From assembly GCA_030593885.1 (NCBI GenBank), contig JAUVGH010000003.1, forward strand, positions 3,011 through 67,010: DNA of 64,000 bases, written 5' to 3'. Position 1 is the first letter of the stretch. Every line of letters starts with the position of its first letter. The translations under genes and the position numbers were made by a program. This document shows positions 9,794-19,199 of the stretch, piece after piece. Source of the DNA: Methanomassiliicoccales archaeon. GTDB lineage: Archaea; Thermoplasmatota; Thermoplasmata; RBG-16-68-12; SOIM01. Below the pieces are notes generated by a model, which saw nothing but the letters and a program-made list of their open reading frames with translations, had not been told where the DNA came from and did not search any database.

Positions 9794-11047
9794 ATGGATG
9801 GTGCAATGTCGAAAGACCTGTTGGACAAGGGCATCAAGCGCCTGGAATGGGCAAGAGAACACATGAGGGTTCTGGGCAACATCCGAAATGATCTCAAGAA
9901 GAGCAAGGTTCTCAGAGGGGTCAAGATAGGAATGGCCCTCCATGTGGAGGCAAAGACGGGCATACTCGCCCTGACCCTCAAGGAAGCCGGTGCTGATGTA
10001 AGACTGGCATCATGCAACCCCCTGTCCACTGATGATTCCATACCCACGGCTCTGAACAAGCGTTACGAACTGCCCACTTTTGCCAAGAAGGGTGAGACCA
10101 AGAAGGAGTACTATTCAAATCTGAACTCGGTCCTGGACCATGACCCGGAGATCCTGATAGACGACGGTGGCGATCTAATCGCCATGGTGCACACCAAACG
10201 TAAGGAGCTTCTGGACGTTGTGAAAGGAGCGAACGAGGAAACGACCACAGGGGTGGTCAGACTCAAGGCAATGGAGAAGGCCGGAGCTTTGAAGTTCCCG
10301 GTCATCAACGTCAACGACGCACGGATGAAACACTTCTTCGACAACCGTTACGGGACCGGCCAATCGACGGTGGACGGCATCATGTCGGCAACCAACCTCC
10401 TGATTGCGGGGAGGAAAGTGGTGGTAGCGGGATACGGATGGTGCGGAAGAGGCGTGGCGATGAGGATGGACGGAATGGGAGCGAACGTCTCGGTGACGGA
10501 GGTTGACCCAGTTAAAGCGATAGAAGCTAAGATGGACGGATTCTCGGTGGAGCCGATGTTGGAGGCGATAACGGATGCGGATTTCGTGGTTACCACAACG
10601 GGCTGCAAGGATGTAGTGACCGAGAAACATCTAAGAGCGGCAAAGGACGGTTGCGTCCTGTCCAACGCTGGCCATTTCGACAATGAAGTGTCCAAGGCAG
10701 CTCTCAAGAAGCTGTCAAAGGGGAAGAGAAAGGTGCGGGACTTCGTGGAAGAGTTCACATTCAAGAACGGGAAGAAGGTCTACCTGCTTGGGGACGGAAG
10801 GCTGATCAATCTGGTTGCTGGCCAAGGACACCCGGTGGAGATAATGGACATGAGCTTCAGTATCCAGGTCCTGTCCGCGGAATATCTTCTAAGGAACCAC
10901 GGGAAGTTGGTGAACAGGGTGTATGAGGTGCCCAGGCAGATCGACGAGAGGGTAGCCAGGATCGAGTTGAAACACATGGGAGTGAACATCGACAAGCTCA
11001 CCAAGGAACAGAAGGATTACATCTCGGGCTGGGGAGAAGGAACGTAG
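9794..11047 (+). CDS. ahcY: Adenosylhomocysteinase (SAH hydrolase)
   Basis: LEWAREHM, HVEAKT, ASCNPLSTDD, IDDGGDL, EETTTGV, INVNDARMKHFFDNRYGTGQS and GYGWCGRG are canonical AhcY motifs. Confidence 0.9.
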   Translation: MDGAMSKDLLDKGIKRLEWAREHMRVLGNIRNDLKKSKVLRGVKIGMALHVEAKTGILALTLKEAGADVRLASCNPLSTDDSIPTALNKRYELPTFAKKGETKKEYYSNLNSVLDHDPEILIDDGGDLIAMVHTKRKELLDVVKGANEETTTGVVRLKAMEKAGALKFPVINVNDARMKHFFDNRYGTGQSTVDGIMSATNLLIAGRKVVVAGYGWCGRGVAMRMDGMGANVSVTEVDPVKAIEAKMDGFSVEPMLEAITDADFVVTTTGCKDVVTEKHLRAAKDGCVLSNAGHFDNEVSKAALKKLSKGKRKVRDFVEEFTFKNGKKVYLLGDGRLINLVAGQGHPVEIMDMSFSIQVLSAEYLLRNHGKLVNRVYEVPRQIDERVARIELKHMGVNIDKLTKEQKDYISGWGEGT

Positions 11048-11064
11048 GGCGCTGGACCAGGGTT

Positions 11065-11718
11065 TTGACGATGGCATTTCCCGACGGTTTTGCATTCGCC
11101 ACCGACTTCGACGGAACGGTCACAGTGACTGATGTCGCGGCATTGCTTTTGGATGAATTCACTGATGATGGATGGAAGCAAATCGAAAAGGTATACAGGG
11201 AGGGGAAGATAACCTGCCGTGAGGCCTTGAGGACGCAGTTCGAGACGCTCAAGGGGACAAAAAAGGAGATGACCGATTTCATGGACGCGAATGCGAGGAT
11301 CGATCCGGACTTCAAACCCTTCCTTTCATACTGCAGGGAGAATGAGATCCCGGTCAGGATAGTCAGCGAGGGATTGGACTTCTACATAGAGCATCTACTT
11401 CGGGTGAACAACATCGATGTTCCTTTCTTCACCAACAAGGCCCACTTCGAGGACGGGAGAATAAGGATAAGCTTCCCGAATGCCTCACCAAAATGTGCGG
11501 ACTGCGGCACGTGCAAGTTGGAGGTCCTGAAGGACTGGAAGGACGAGGGAAAGAAGATAATATATGCAGGTGATGGCATGAACGACATCTGTCCAGCGAA
11601 ATCGTGCGATGTGGTGTTCGCCAAAGGGGACCTGCTTTCTCATTACAGGAGGGAGGGTCTGGAACACATCGAGATCGATGGATACGCGGACATCATGTCT
11701 GAGATCCAGAGGTGGTGA
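11065..11718 (+). CDS. HAD-IB phosphatase, MtnX-like
   Basis: HAD motif I is FATDFDGTVT and motif IV is GDGMNDICPA. The CADCGTCK cysteine cluster matches the one seen in MtnX-type phosphatases. Confidence 0.6.
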   Translation: MTMAFPDGFAFATDFDGTVTVTDVAALLLDEFTDDGWKQIEKVYREGKITCREALRTQFETLKGTKKEMTDFMDANARIDPDFKPFLSYCRENEIPVRIVSEGLDFYIEHLLRVNNIDVPFFTNKAHFEDGRIRISFPNASPKCADCGTCKLEVLKDWKDEGKKIIYAGDGMNDICPAKSCDVVFAKGDLLSHYRREGLEHIEIDGYADIMSEIQRW

Positions 11719-11721
11719 GAG

Positions 11722-12642
11722 ATGGAGGAGAACTTCCTGGGGGTGTTCGGCCATGTGGTCGTTGACAACATATTCAGCGTACCAAGACTGCCCAAGCCGA
11801 ATTCGTCCATGGCAACGTCCGGATCCGAGATAGTGTATGGAGGAACTGGGGCCAACATCGCAATGGTCGCCACAAAGCTGGGTGTTAAGACAGCTCTCGC
11901 CTCGTTCATCGGCGGAGATTTTCCCCAAGGATATAGAAGTGCTCTGAAGAAGGCGGGCATTGACATCCAAGACCTGCAAACGGTGGGTGGATACTCAACG
12001 CCACAGGCCTGGATATTCTCCGACCCGGACCAGAATCAGATGACCATCATAGACCAGGGTCCCATGAAAGAGGCCGCCGCCTTCGAGCTGCAAACACACA
12101 CCGTCGAGAGCTCTCAGATGATCCACATTGGAACCGGCAGACCGGAATACTATCAAAGAGTCGCCGATCTAGCATCGAGCCTGGGAAAGAAGATATCCTT
12201 CGACCCGGCCCAGGAGCTGTCCTACGTGTACACACCGGAATCGTTCAGAGGCATTGTCCAGAAGGCCGACTACTTCTTCGGGAACCAGACGGAGGTTCAG
12301 ACGGCGATGTCCTACCTCCACCTGAAGGAGGACACGGAGCTCCTGGATTACGTGGACGTCCTGATCGTGACCAAAGGCGGCAAGGGCAGCACCATAATCA
12401 CCCAAGACAAGAGGCTGTTCATCCCGTCCATCCAGCCGGACCGGGTTGAGGACGCGACCGGTGCGGGTGATGCGTACCGCGCAGGATTCTTCGCAGGCCT
12501 GCAAAAGGGCTCGGACCTGGAAAGATGCGGACTTATTGGCTCTGCCACCGCGAGCTACGTAGTGGAGAAGAAGGGCCCTCAGACGAACATACCTACATGG
12601 GAGCAGATAGAAGAGAGGATTGAGAGACTCCAGGACGGTTGA
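11722..12642 (+). CDS. PfkB-family carbohydrate/nucleoside kinase (adenosine-kinase-like)
   Basis: GGTGANIA near the N-terminus and the C-terminal DATGAGDAYRAGFFAGL signature of ribokinase/PfkB enzymes. Confidence 0.75.
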   Translation: MEENFLGVFGHVVVDNIFSVPRLPKPNSSMATSGSEIVYGGTGANIAMVATKLGVKTALASFIGGDFPQGYRSALKKAGIDIQDLQTVGGYSTPQAWIFSDPDQNQMTIIDQGPMKEAAAFELQTHTVESSQMIHIGTGRPEYYQRVADLASSLGKKISFDPAQELSYVYTPESFRGIVQKADYFFGNQTEVQTAMSYLHLKEDTELLDYVDVLIVTKGGKGSTIITQDKRLFIPSIQPDRVEDATGAGDAYRAGFFAGLQKGSDLERCGLIGSATASYVVEKKGPQTNIPTWEQIEERIERLQDG

Positions 12643-12718
12643 ACGGTTCACTGGACTTGTTCCCAAATATAGAAACATTTAACTACAGACAAAACTTCTC
12701 CATATCGGGTTGTTGGAT

Positions 12719-12952
12719 ATGGCTATTGGATTCGTTCTCATAAGCACGGCTCCGGCAAAGGAGCATGAGGTCTATGAGCAACTGCAGACCGTGCCAGAAA
12801 TCGTTGAGCTGCATCCCCTGTTCGGGGAGTATGACCTCATCGCAAAGATCGAGGCAGACGATTTCAACATCCTGGGACAGATCGTGGTCGACAAGGTCAG
12901 GACCATCCCGGGAGTAATCGACACCAAGACCCTGACAGGTATCAGGTTTTAG
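12719..12952 (+). CDS. Stand-alone Lrp/AsnC ligand-binding (RAM) domain protein
   Basis: MAIGFVLIS...EHEVYEQLQTVPEIVELHPLFGEYDLIAKIEADDF...VRTIPGVIDTKTL is the AsnC_trans_reg pattern. The track ORF starts at TTG 12710, so the start is uncertain. Confidence 0.6.
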   Translation: MAIGFVLISTAPAKEHEVYEQLQTVPEIVELHPLFGEYDLIAKIEADDFNILGQIVVDKVRTIPGVIDTKTLTGIRF

Positions 12953-12963
12953 GAGGTTGAACG

Positions 12964-13281
12964 ATGACGGACTTGAGTTTCTGGGAACCAATGAACTTCC
13001 TTACAGTTCTGCTATTGGTGTTTTCGCTCCTCCTATTCATAGCAGGAGTGTTTACCGCCTATTTCGGAAGTGGGAAGAGTAGAAAGATCGGTGCTGGACT
13101 GCTGGTGATCGGCCTTGTGATCGGTATTGTTGTGACGTTCGTTTTCAGCAACTACGGGCCACTCGATGAGGTTGTGCGGATAACTGAGGTCATTTCACAA
13201 TCGATTGCGGTCATACTGGCTGCGGTCATAGGCGCAGCAATTGCTGTTGGCCTGTTCCTGCTGGCCATAATGAAATCTTGA
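12964..13281 (+). CDS. Small integral membrane protein (three predicted TM helices)
   Basis: Hydrophobic stretches FLTVLLLVFSLLLFIAGVF, GAGLLVIGLVIGIVVTFVF and IAVILAAVIGAAIAVGLFLLAI. No recognisable family. Confidence 0.45.
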   Translation: MTDLSFWEPMNFLTVLLLVFSLLLFIAGVFTAYFGSGKSRKIGAGLLVIGLVIGIVVTFVFSNYGPLDEVVRITEVISQSIAVILAAVIGAAIAVGLFLLAIMKS

Positions 13282-13322
13282 TTCTGGAAAACATTATTTC
13301 CTAAGTCGTCTTTCTGAGGTTG

Positions 13323-13787
13323 ATGTCAGTCCTCATAATTCTGGGAAGCAAGAGCAATCTTGAGGTGGGGAAGAAGGCGAAGAACATCCTGGACCAGTTC
13401 AAAGTCAAGAACAAGATGGTCGTCGCTTCAGCACACAGGACCTCACAGCATCTGGTGGAGACGGTGGAGAAGAGCGAGGCCGATGTTTTCATAGCGGTCG
13501 CCGGACTCTCAGCGGCGCTTCCGGGGGCAGTGGCAGCCCATACCACCAAGCCCGTGATCGGCGTTCCGGTCAGCGGCAAGGTGAACCTGGATTCGATCCT
13601 CTCGATCGTTCAGATGCCTCCGGGGATACCCGTTGCGGCCGTTGGACTTGACAGGGGAGAGAACGCGGCGCTTCTGGCAGTGGAGATACTCGCACTTTCC
13701 AACAAGACGCTGGCGAAGAACCTGAAGAAACACAGACTCAAACTGCTGGAATGGACACTCGAAGATTCCAAGAACCTCGGTGATTGA
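13323..13787 (+). CDS. purE: N5-carboxyaminoimidazole ribonucleotide mutase / AIR carboxylase
   Basis: ILGSKSN, ASAHRT, FIAVAGLSAALPGAVAAHTTKPVIGVP and QMPPGIPVA. ATG 13323 was chosen over the adjacent TTG 13320. Confidence 0.85.
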   Translation: MSVLIILGSKSNLEVGKKAKNILDQFKVKNKMVVASAHRTSQHLVETVEKSEADVFIAVAGLSAALPGAVAAHTTKPVIGVPVSGKVNLDSILSIVQMPPGIPVAAVGLDRGENAALLAVEILALSNKTLAKNLKKHRLKLLEWTLEDSKNLGD

Positions 13788-14732
13788 TTGTTCGACGCTT
13801 CCGATTTTATTGACGAGGCCATTGAGAAGGTCAGGGAGGAGATAGACGGGAAGGCAGTGGTAGCGACCTCGGGGGGCGTGGACAGCGCGGTGGCGGCGGT
13901 CATCGTCAGCAGGGCCATCGGGGACAACCTGTTGAGCGTCTATGTTGACACCGGCCTCATGAGGAAGGGTGAGAAGAAGCAGGTCGCCAGCATGCTGGAG
14001 GACCTCGACGTCAACTACGAGATCGTGGATGCCAAGGACGAGTTCTTCGAGGCACTGAAAGGTGTTCTGGACCCAGAGGATAAGAGGATGGTCATCGGAG
14101 GCAAGTTCATAAAGATATTCGAGAGAAAGGCGAAGGAGATCGGCGCCGAGTATCTCGTTCAAGGAACGATAGCCCCTGACTGGATAGAGAGCGGCGGAGA
14201 CCTGAGGGACACTATAAAATCACATCATAACGTGGGGGCGCTGCCCGAAGGGATGGAACTGAAACTGGTGGAACCGTTGAGAGACCTGTACAAGGACGAG
14301 GTTCGGAAGGTGGGCAGAGAACTTGGAGTGACGGTATCCGAAAGACAGCCGTTCCCCGGTCCAGCTCTTGCGATACGCATACTCGGAGAGGTCACGCCGG
14401 AGGCCGCAGAAACAGCGAGGGACGCATGTGCCATCGTTGAAGAGGAGATAGAGAAATCCGCGGAGAACGGTGACATGGAATTGCCTTGGCAGTACTTTGC
14501 TGGCCTTCTTCCGATCAGGTCGGTGGGAGTGAGGGGGGACATCAGGGCGTACGGCTACACCATCTTCATCCGGGCGGTCCAATCAGTGGACGGGATGACA
14601 GCGTCGTATTCCAGAATTCCACATGAAGTTCTTGACGATATATCCATCAGGATCACCAATGAGCTTCCACAGGTCAACAGGGTGGTCTACGACATAACCA
14701 ACAAACCGCCTGGTACGATAGAGTGGGAATGA
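13788..14732 (+). CDS. guaA: GMP synthase subunit B (ATP pyrophosphatase)
   Basis: PP-loop ATSGGVDSAV, then KSHHNVG, EPLRDLYKDEVR and the C-terminal NKPPGTIEWE. The TTG start abuts the purE stop. Confidence 0.85.
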   Translation: MFDASDFIDEAIEKVREEIDGKAVVATSGGVDSAVAAVIVSRAIGDNLLSVYVDTGLMRKGEKKQVASMLEDLDVNYEIVDAKDEFFEALKGVLDPEDKRMVIGGKFIKIFERKAKEIGAEYLVQGTIAPDWIESGGDLRDTIKSHHNVGALPEGMELKLVEPLRDLYKDEVRKVGRELGVTVSERQPFPGPALAIRILGEVTPEAAETARDACAIVEEEIEKSAENGDMELPWQYFAGLLPIRSVGVRGDIRAYGYTIFIRAVQSVDGMTASYSRIPHEVLDDISIRITNELPQVNRVVYDITNKPPGTIEWE

Positions 14733-14772
14733 GTTCTGAAAACCTATAATACCGAACAATCAATGCCCCTAC

Positions 14773-15342
14773 GTGAAAGTATTCGTGGTGGACAACGGCG
14801 GACAATGGACCCACAGGGAATGGAGGGTCTTGAGATATCTGGATGTTGAGACGAAGATAGTTCCCAACACCACCCCACTGGAAGAACTTGAGGTGGACGG
14901 ACTCGTCCTTTCGGGTGGGGCCCCAAGGGTCGGACTGGACGCTGACATGATGGGTAATAACGGGGAATATCTCGAGAAGGCGGGATTCCCCATACTGGGC
15001 ATCTGCGCGGGTCACCAGTTCATGGCCATTCATTTCGGAGGAGAGGCCGGACCCTCAGGCATACCAGAGTTCGGCAGGACCCAGATCGAGGTGGACGAGG
15101 AGGACGAGCTCTTCGAGGGGCTGCCCAAGGCCTTTCAGGGTTGGGAGTCGCACAACGACGAGGTCACCGTCCTTCCAGAGGATTTTATAGGACTGGCCCA
15201 TTCCAACAACTGCAAGTGCCAAGCAATGAAGTATCTCAAGAGGCCGATCTACGGAGTACAGTTCCATCCCGAGGTCGAACATACGGAATACGGAAATGAC
15301 ATTTTCAAGAACTTCCTCAATGTGTGCGAGGAGAATAGATGA
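14773..15342 (+). CDS. guaA: GMP synthase subunit A (class I glutamine amidotransferase)
   Basis: GICAGHQ nucleophile elbow and the GVQFHPE histidine motif. This is the split archaeal guaA arrangement beside subunit B. Confidence 0.85.
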   Translation: MKVFVVDNGGQWTHREWRVLRYLDVETKIVPNTTPLEELEVDGLVLSGGAPRVGLDADMMGNNGEYLEKAGFPILGICAGHQFMAIHFGGEAGPSGIPEFGRTQIEVDEEDELFEGLPKAFQGWESHNDEVTVLPEDFIGLAHSNNCKCQAMKYLKRPIYGVQFHPEVEHTEYGNDIFKNFLNVCEENR

Positions 15343-15557
15343 ACGACAGAGAGAAGGCCGAGATAATCTGGGAAGCGCTGAGAGATCTGCATTCCAATGA
15401 AACCCTTGAGAGAGCGATAGGAAGATACGTGAGGAATCACAAGAAAGATTACGGGGAATATATCAAGTTGGTATCTGAGATTCGTCAACTTTCCCAGAAG
15501 AAGAAGCTGACCCTCCTCAAAGCGGCAGAGAGACTTGCCAAATCCTACGAGTCATAG
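15339..15557 (+). CDS. Hypothetical small helical protein
   Basis: 72-aa ORF translationally coupled to guaA-A (ATGA overlap). Its 3' end overlaps the convergent serA-like gene by 13 bp. No family recognised. Confidence 0.35.
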   Translation: MNDREKAEIIWEALRDLHSNETLERAIGRYVRNHKKDYGEYIKLVSEIRQLSQKKKLTLLKAAERLAKSYES

Positions 15558-16492
15558 ATCTGCCGGTTCACTATGAAATCCGGTCTCTCACCCGAAAGGA
15601 CCTTGTCAACCTGTTCCGCGGTAGTTGTCCCTGCTTTGATCTGCGCTTCTTTCGTGGAAGCGCCCAGATGAGGGGTGAAGACGACATTGGGTGCGATCAG
15701 AAGTGGGCTTTCTTCCGGAGGCTCTTTGTCGAAGACGTCGAGAGCCGCACCTCCTATCCTACCTTTCTCCAGGGCATCTACCAACGCGGCCTCCTCGATG
15801 ATGGGGCCTCTGGCACAGTTGATCACACATGTGCTGTCCTTCATCATCTCGAACTGTTCTTTCCCGATCATCCCTCGGGTCTCGTCCGAAAGAAGCGAAT
15901 GAATAGAAATGAAATCCGAGTTCTTCAACAGTTCATCCAGCTCGGTGAATGTGCACTGGATCTTATCCTGGACCTCTTTGGGCAGATATGGGTCGTAGGC
16001 AAGGACGTGCATTCCAAAGGCCACGGCCCGAGAGGCAACCTCGGCGCCAATTCTCCCGCAGCCAACGAGTCCGAGGGTCTTCCCATGGAGCTCAGTGCCC
16101 ATCAACTTCTTCTTCTCCCACAATCCGGCCTTCATGCTCTTGTCCGAGGCCGGAAGATGCCTGGCAAGGGATAACATATGACCAATCGTGAGTTCGGCGA
16201 CCGACATCGTGTTTGAGCGAGGCGCGTTGACGACCGCGATCCTCCTCTCGGTCGCGTAATCCATGTCTATATTGTCCACTCCTATCCCGGCCCTTCCGAT
16301 GGCTTTGAGATTCTCACCCTTCTCGATCACTTCTTTCGTTACTTTGGTCTTGCCCCGAACTATGATAGCGTCGAAGTTGGATATCACGTCCAGCAGCTCA
16401 TCCATCTCGTGGAACTTGGCGGTCACCTCGTACTTCGTCCTGAGCTTCTCGACGGCTTCTTCGGCTATTTGATCATTCACGAGCACTTTCAT
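15545..16492 (-). CDS. serA: D-isomer-specific 2-hydroxyacid dehydrogenase (3-phosphoglycerate dehydrogenase-like, no ACT domain)
   Basis: GRAGIGVDNID, the NAD fold GKTLGLVGCGRIGAEVA, CARGPII and TPHLGAST. Confidence 0.78.
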   Translation of the reverse strand: MKVLVNDQIAEEAVEKLRTKYEVTAKFHEMDELLDVISNFDAIIVRGKTKVTKEVIEKGENLKAIGRAGIGVDNIDMDYATERRIAVVNAPRSNTMSVAELTIGHMLSLARHLPASDKSMKAGLWEKKKLMGTELHGKTLGLVGCGRIGAEVASRAVAFGMHVLAYDPYLPKEVQDKIQCTFTELDELLKNSDFISIHSLLSDETRGMIGKEQFEMMKDSTCVINCARGPIIEEAALVDALEKGRIGGAALDVFDKEPPEESPLLIAPNVVFTPHLGASTKEAQIKAGTTTAEQVDKVLSGERPDFIVNRQIYDS

Positions 16493-16533
16493 GGTATTCC
16501 CCCGCCTGAAAAGGACAATGTTCTATTAAACTA

Positions 16534-16974
16534 TCACGGAAAAGTGGAGTTGAAAACGAAATAGAGGAAGATCGAGACCAGTACCGCTGTGATAACGACA
16601 ATGCCTATGATGATCGTGTAGAGCGTCGTCTTCGCATCCGAGCCCCACACAATGGGTATAGGACCCAAGAACACGACCCCGCCCGTCTTTGGTCTCCCGA
16701 CGGGAGCTCCTCCCTGTCCTCCGGACGGCGACCGAGAGGCGCCTGGCGTCTCTTGAACCGGCGCTGGGGCGTATCGTTTGAACATGTAGATCAGACCGAC
16801 CACGATCCCAAGGAATATCAGGAGCCCTCCGCCTAGAGCGTACGGGCCAGTCCCCCTGTAGACAGGGATGAACAACAGGATCATCAACTCCCCGTCACCG
16901 TTGGCCGCACCAACGGCAAGGACGGCTATTCCAAGAGCAATCAGTCCAAATGCGGTCATCTTCAACTTGTTCAT
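16534..16974 (-). CDS. Integral membrane protein (archaeal DUF131-like)
   Basis: Four hydrophobic helices and a central Gly/Pro-rich loop (PGASRSPSGGQGGAPVGRPKTGG). A TATA-like TGTATAAAAG lies about 30 bp upstream on the minus strand. Confidence 0.45.
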   Translation of the reverse strand: MNKLKMTAFGLIALGIAVLAVGAANGDGELMILLFIPVYRGTGPYALGGGLLIFLGIVVGLIYMFKRYAPAPVQETPGASRSPSGGQGGAPVGRPKTGGVVFLGPIPIVWGSDAKTTLYTIIIGIVVITAVLVSIFLYFVFNSTFP

Positions 16975-17106
16975 TCGAGGATTTCTAGGTGGTTCTTTTA
17001 TACATATCTTTCGGGGTTGTCATGCTCTCAATCCAACGGAAGAACCAGGAGCCAGCAAGACAGTAGACAATATCCTTAAGTCTTTCACGGGCATTACCGG
17101 AGGGAG

Positions 17107-17964
17107 ATGATTAGACAGCTCATTGCGAAGCTTCTACGGTCAACCGGATGTTCGGTGTCATTGGAGGGGGATGTTCTTACGGCATCGAGAGGTGACGCGA
17201 GGTTGACCTTCGGTTTCCCTTCCGAGGACAATCTGCAGGATGTCATCGATCAGATTGCCGGAAAAGGGGGGCAGGGAGTGCTGGTGCCCCTGTTCAACAA
17301 GTCCGTAGAAGCGCCTGGGATCATAGTCCTTGACCGAGAGGATTTGGAGAACGACGTGATGCAGGTCCTTCTTGGAAAGAAGAAGACGAGAGAGACCGTC
17401 CTAGGAGATCTGGTAACCGACTGTCTGGGAGAAATGGACAAGATCCCCGAGGCGATGGTGAGACCGACGCTTGAGAAGGAAGACGTTGTGGAGATCGGCA
17501 ACAAGATGGTTGACGGGTTCAACTACATACTGGACCTGGTCCCATATTTCGTTTTCGAGTACACTTCCTTGGTCGAGTATGATGGAAAGGTCCACGAGTC
17601 CAAGGGAACGATCGGGGTCAATGCACTGACCGAATCCCCGGAGATATGGGAACATGACACGGAGAAAATGGACGGAATCGAGTACTTCGACAGGAAGCGG
17701 GAGCCCAAGACAGATGAAGTGGAGGCCTTCCAGATTGCCCAGCGGAAAGCGATAGAACTTGGGACCGTGGTCAAGGAGAGCGTCAAGGAGAGAGAGGACG
17801 CGACCATTGAGCAGAAGAAGAGCGTCAAACCCAAGAAGGAGGATGTCCAGTTGGAGGGATTGGGACTGGTGTACCTTCCCATCTGGTGCGTGGAGGGTTC
17901 GAAGGGCAGCATAATCATCAATGCCAGTACGGGCAAGATCCTGAAGGAGGATCTGTATTCATAG
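17107..17964 (+). CDS. Hypothetical protein
   Basis: 285-aa ORF preceded by GGAGGGAG. No confident family assignment from the sequence. Confidence 0.4.
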   Translation: MIRQLIAKLLRSTGCSVSLEGDVLTASRGDARLTFGFPSEDNLQDVIDQIAGKGGQGVLVPLFNKSVEAPGIIVLDREDLENDVMQVLLGKKKTRETVLGDLVTDCLGEMDKIPEAMVRPTLEKEDVVEIGNKMVDGFNYILDLVPYFVFEYTSLVEYDGKVHESKGTIGVNALTESPEIWEHDTEKMDGIEYFDRKREPKTDEVEAFQIAQRKAIELGTVVKESVKEREDATIEQKKSVKPKKEDVQLEGLGLVYLPIWCVEGSKGSIIINASTGKILKEDLYS

Positions 17965-18093
17965 AGATCGATGGCCTCTATTGGTGCAACCTGAACCGAT
18001 GTGGAGTACCCTATCACTTTTCCCCTTCTCGCTGATGATTTCTCAATGAAAAGTTATTTATTTCCCAGGATGTTCTGAAGTTCGGGTACTTAG

Positions 18094-18300
18094 ATGGCAG
18101 CCTCCCTTTCTCACAAAGAAAAGTCGCAGCCAGAGCAAATGGGCGTTGGCCTGATGCTGGGTGGAGCGATAGGTCTTGTGATAGGTGGGGTTGCAGGTGG
18201 CGCCATCGGGGCTACCATAGGCGGGGTCCTTGGAGCAATGGTCGGACAGTTCGTTGAACATTTCGAAATGACCAGAAAGGACCGCGAGGGAGGTTGGTGA
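18094..18300 (+). CDS. Small glycine-zipper membrane protein
   Basis: GVGLMLGGAIGLVIGGVAGGAIGATIGGVLGAMVG is a GxxxG-repeat (glycine zipper) helix. The gene ends 1 bp before the next ORF. Confidence 0.4.
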   Translation: MAASLSHKEKSQPEQMGVGLMLGGAIGLVIGGVAGGAIGATIGGVLGAMVGQFVEHFEMTRKDREGGW

Positions 18301-18301
18301 G

Positions 18302-18742
18302 ATGAGCGAAAAGAGCCATCTCGAGCTTGCGTTCATAGGTCGAACGTACATGATCCTCCTTTATGTCATCGCGACCATCTTCCTTCTGCTGATACTCGGC
18401 GAGATACTCAACAACGTAACCGGGAATCCTAACAGCACGTACAGCCTGTACTTCGCACTGTCGATATGGATAACCTTCATCGCCGGGGGAATCGTGTACG
18501 AATGGCACAGACTGGCCTTCAAGAGGCTGGGCATGGAGAAGAGGTCTGTGAAGATCATATTGCCGCTGGTCTTCCTTTTGATAGCCGGCGTGGTCGTCAT
18601 CCTCATTTCGGTAAGCCCCTACCATCCGGCGATACGGTTCGTCATCTCTGTGATAGCCGTGATATCCATCTGGATCATCAGAAGATCTCTGACGATGGCA
18701 ATCAAGGACAGGTTGAGATCGGTCAGGGAAAGAGAGTTCTAG
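18302..18742 (+). CDS. Integral membrane protein (four TM helices)
   Basis: Hydrophobic segments and tight coupling to the upstream small ORF. Confidence 0.45.
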   Translation: MSEKSHLELAFIGRTYMILLYVIATIFLLLILGEILNNVTGNPNSTYSLYFALSIWITFIAGGIVYEWHRLAFKRLGMEKRSVKIILPLVFLLIAGVVVILISVSPYHPAIRFVISVIAVISIWIIRRSLTMAIKDRLRSVREREF

Positions 18743-18749
18743 AGGCGCA

Positions 18750-19199
18750 TCAGGACGTGTCCAACTCTTCAATCGTTTTGGCGATCTTTTCCCAATGGCT
18801 GCCCTGCCAGTAGTACTTGTCACATTCTGAACAGAACCAGAAATCCTCTTGTCGGTCGAAGACCCCTTCGGGAACCTTGCCTTCCACAGAGGACTTGTCG
18901 ACCCTATCGACAAGAGAATTGCATACGGAGCACCGGGACATTGGATCGGTGACCTTCAGGTCGAGCTCGGATAGGACGAACTTCAGCTGTTCTTCAAGAA
19001 CGTCGCTCTCGATGTAGAGTGTTCGTACTTTGGTGGTGCTGGCGAGCTCCTTGTCTCGGGTGATGACCATCCTGTCCTCTTGAGCGGCGGCATCCCTAAT
19101 CTCGCTGTCCGCGACCGGCCCTGGATAGATGACGTCGAACCCCAGAAGCCTCAACCATTTGGCAAGAGTTCCAAGCATGTGGTCGCACACGAACTTCAA
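18750..19199 (-). CDS. Mut7-C RNase domain protein (PIN-like + zinc ribbon, DUF82)
   Basis: The N-terminus MKFVCDHMLGTLAKWLRLLGFDV is the hallmark of the family. The C-terminus has RCSVCN...FWFCSECDKYYWQGSHW. Confidence 0.7.
   Translation of the reverse strand: MKFVCDHMLGTLAKWLRLLGFDVIYPGPVADSEIRDAAAQEDRMVITRDKELASTTKVRTLYIESDVLEEQLKFVLSELDLKVTDPMSRCSVCNSLVDRVDKSSVEGKVPEGVFDRQEDFWFCSECDKYYWQGSHWEKIAKTIEELDTS

Noticed and set aside
9367-10059. 230-aa minus-strand ORF bridging two genes
   Set aside because: It is antisense to the SBP tail and the ahcY start. Its poly-Ser stretch is the reverse reading of the poly-Glu codons.
13509-14162. 217-aa minus-strand ORF
   Set aside because: It is antisense to the purE/guaA-B junction, and its product has no recognisable features.
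18032-18078. Candidate C/D-box sRNA (CTGATGA ... CTGA about 45 nt apart) in the intergenic spacer
   Set aside because: There are no convincing internal D'/C' boxes and no terminal stem. The AT-rich middle is better explained as the TATA box for the gene starting at 18094.
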